Source: a virus
Virus record (IMG/VR): IMGVR_UViG_3300025162_000024
Coordinates: 60,319 to 124,318 of that record
Direction: 5' to 3' (one strand)
Length of the DNA: 64,000 nt
How positions within the stretch are numbered: the first letter of the stretch is position 1; the number at the start of each line of letters is the position of its first letter. Below are positions 63,827-64,000 of this stretch, in pieces. The notes beneath the pieces were generated by a model that ran no database searches, was not told where the DNA came from, and saw nothing but the letters and a program-made list of their open reading frames with translations. A program made the position numbers and the translations under genes.

Positions 63827-64000
63827 TTAGATAGTCCGCGACCGGAGAACAGCGGTCGTCGCCTGCCTGTGCATCTCCTGGGCGACCCCTGTGACCTGGG
63901 TGCGGAATCCGGAGAGCACCGCTTTGAGCTGCTCTTGGATCTCGCTGCTCTTGTTGATCGCCTGGACCGACGTGGTCTGGAGCAGTTCTCGGATCTTCTT
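63827..64000 (-). CDS. C-terminal end of a gene starting beyond the window
   Basis: open frame from the window edge ...EIQEQLKAVLSGF...VLRSRTI*. Confidence 0.55.
   Translation of the reverse strand, partial: KKIRELLQTTSVQAINKSSEIQEQLKAVLSGFRTQVTGVAQEMHRQATTAVLRSRTI

Noticed and set aside
1-64000. Stop-codon reassignment (alternative genetic code)
   Set aside because: Long conserved genes are intact in code 11, and TAA, TAG and TGA all end genes at sensible positions. The 5133 TAA is an isolated case.
1-64000. CRISPR array, tRNA or rRNA genes
   Set aside because: No regularly spaced direct repeats or cloverleaf/T-loop signatures noticed by eye. tRNAscan and a CRISPR finder were not run.
1-64000. 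Integrated prophage or ICE boundary
   Set aside because: No integrase, att-like duplication, conjugation genes or host housekeeping operons in the window.

Overview
This 64 kb window looks like part of a large dsDNA tailed phage genome (jumbo-phage-like gene content). It is GC-rich and densely coding, and almost all genes are on the minus strand. I saw no integrase, tRNA, rRNA or CRISPR array. The right half (about 43-61 kb) is a replication, recombination and repair block: RecA-like protein, probable SSB, family-A DNA polymerase with an N-terminal UDG-like domain, DnaG primase, DnaB helicase, SF2 helicase, SbcCD and a DRB0094-type RNA ligase. The middle holds a plus-strand terminase large subunit, a prepilin-like gene, a probable virion protein and a degenerate primase-like protein. 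The left half is accessory: ThyX, HNH nuclease, two glycosyltransferases, an LRR protein, Dam-like and class I methyltransferases, nucleases and many small ORFs. The AFTLIELL prepilin, the LRR protein and the DUF1257/DUF2997-like module hint at a PVC-superphylum host (inference only). Three signals stand out. (1) A roughly 60-aa repeat domain I do not recognise (RWY...W(E)YP...E...ISxEEA...W) occurs in about 35 divergent copies across 10 proteins. (2) Five genes have a strong Shine-Dalgarno (SD) pointing at a non-canonical start codon (ACG x3, ATA, ATC), suggesting translation-initiation-level control. (3) A 67-bp perfect inverted repeat with nested hairpins lies beside a Rep/HUH-like zinc-binding protein (candidate origin). 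All family calls come from motif recognition by eye, with no database search.
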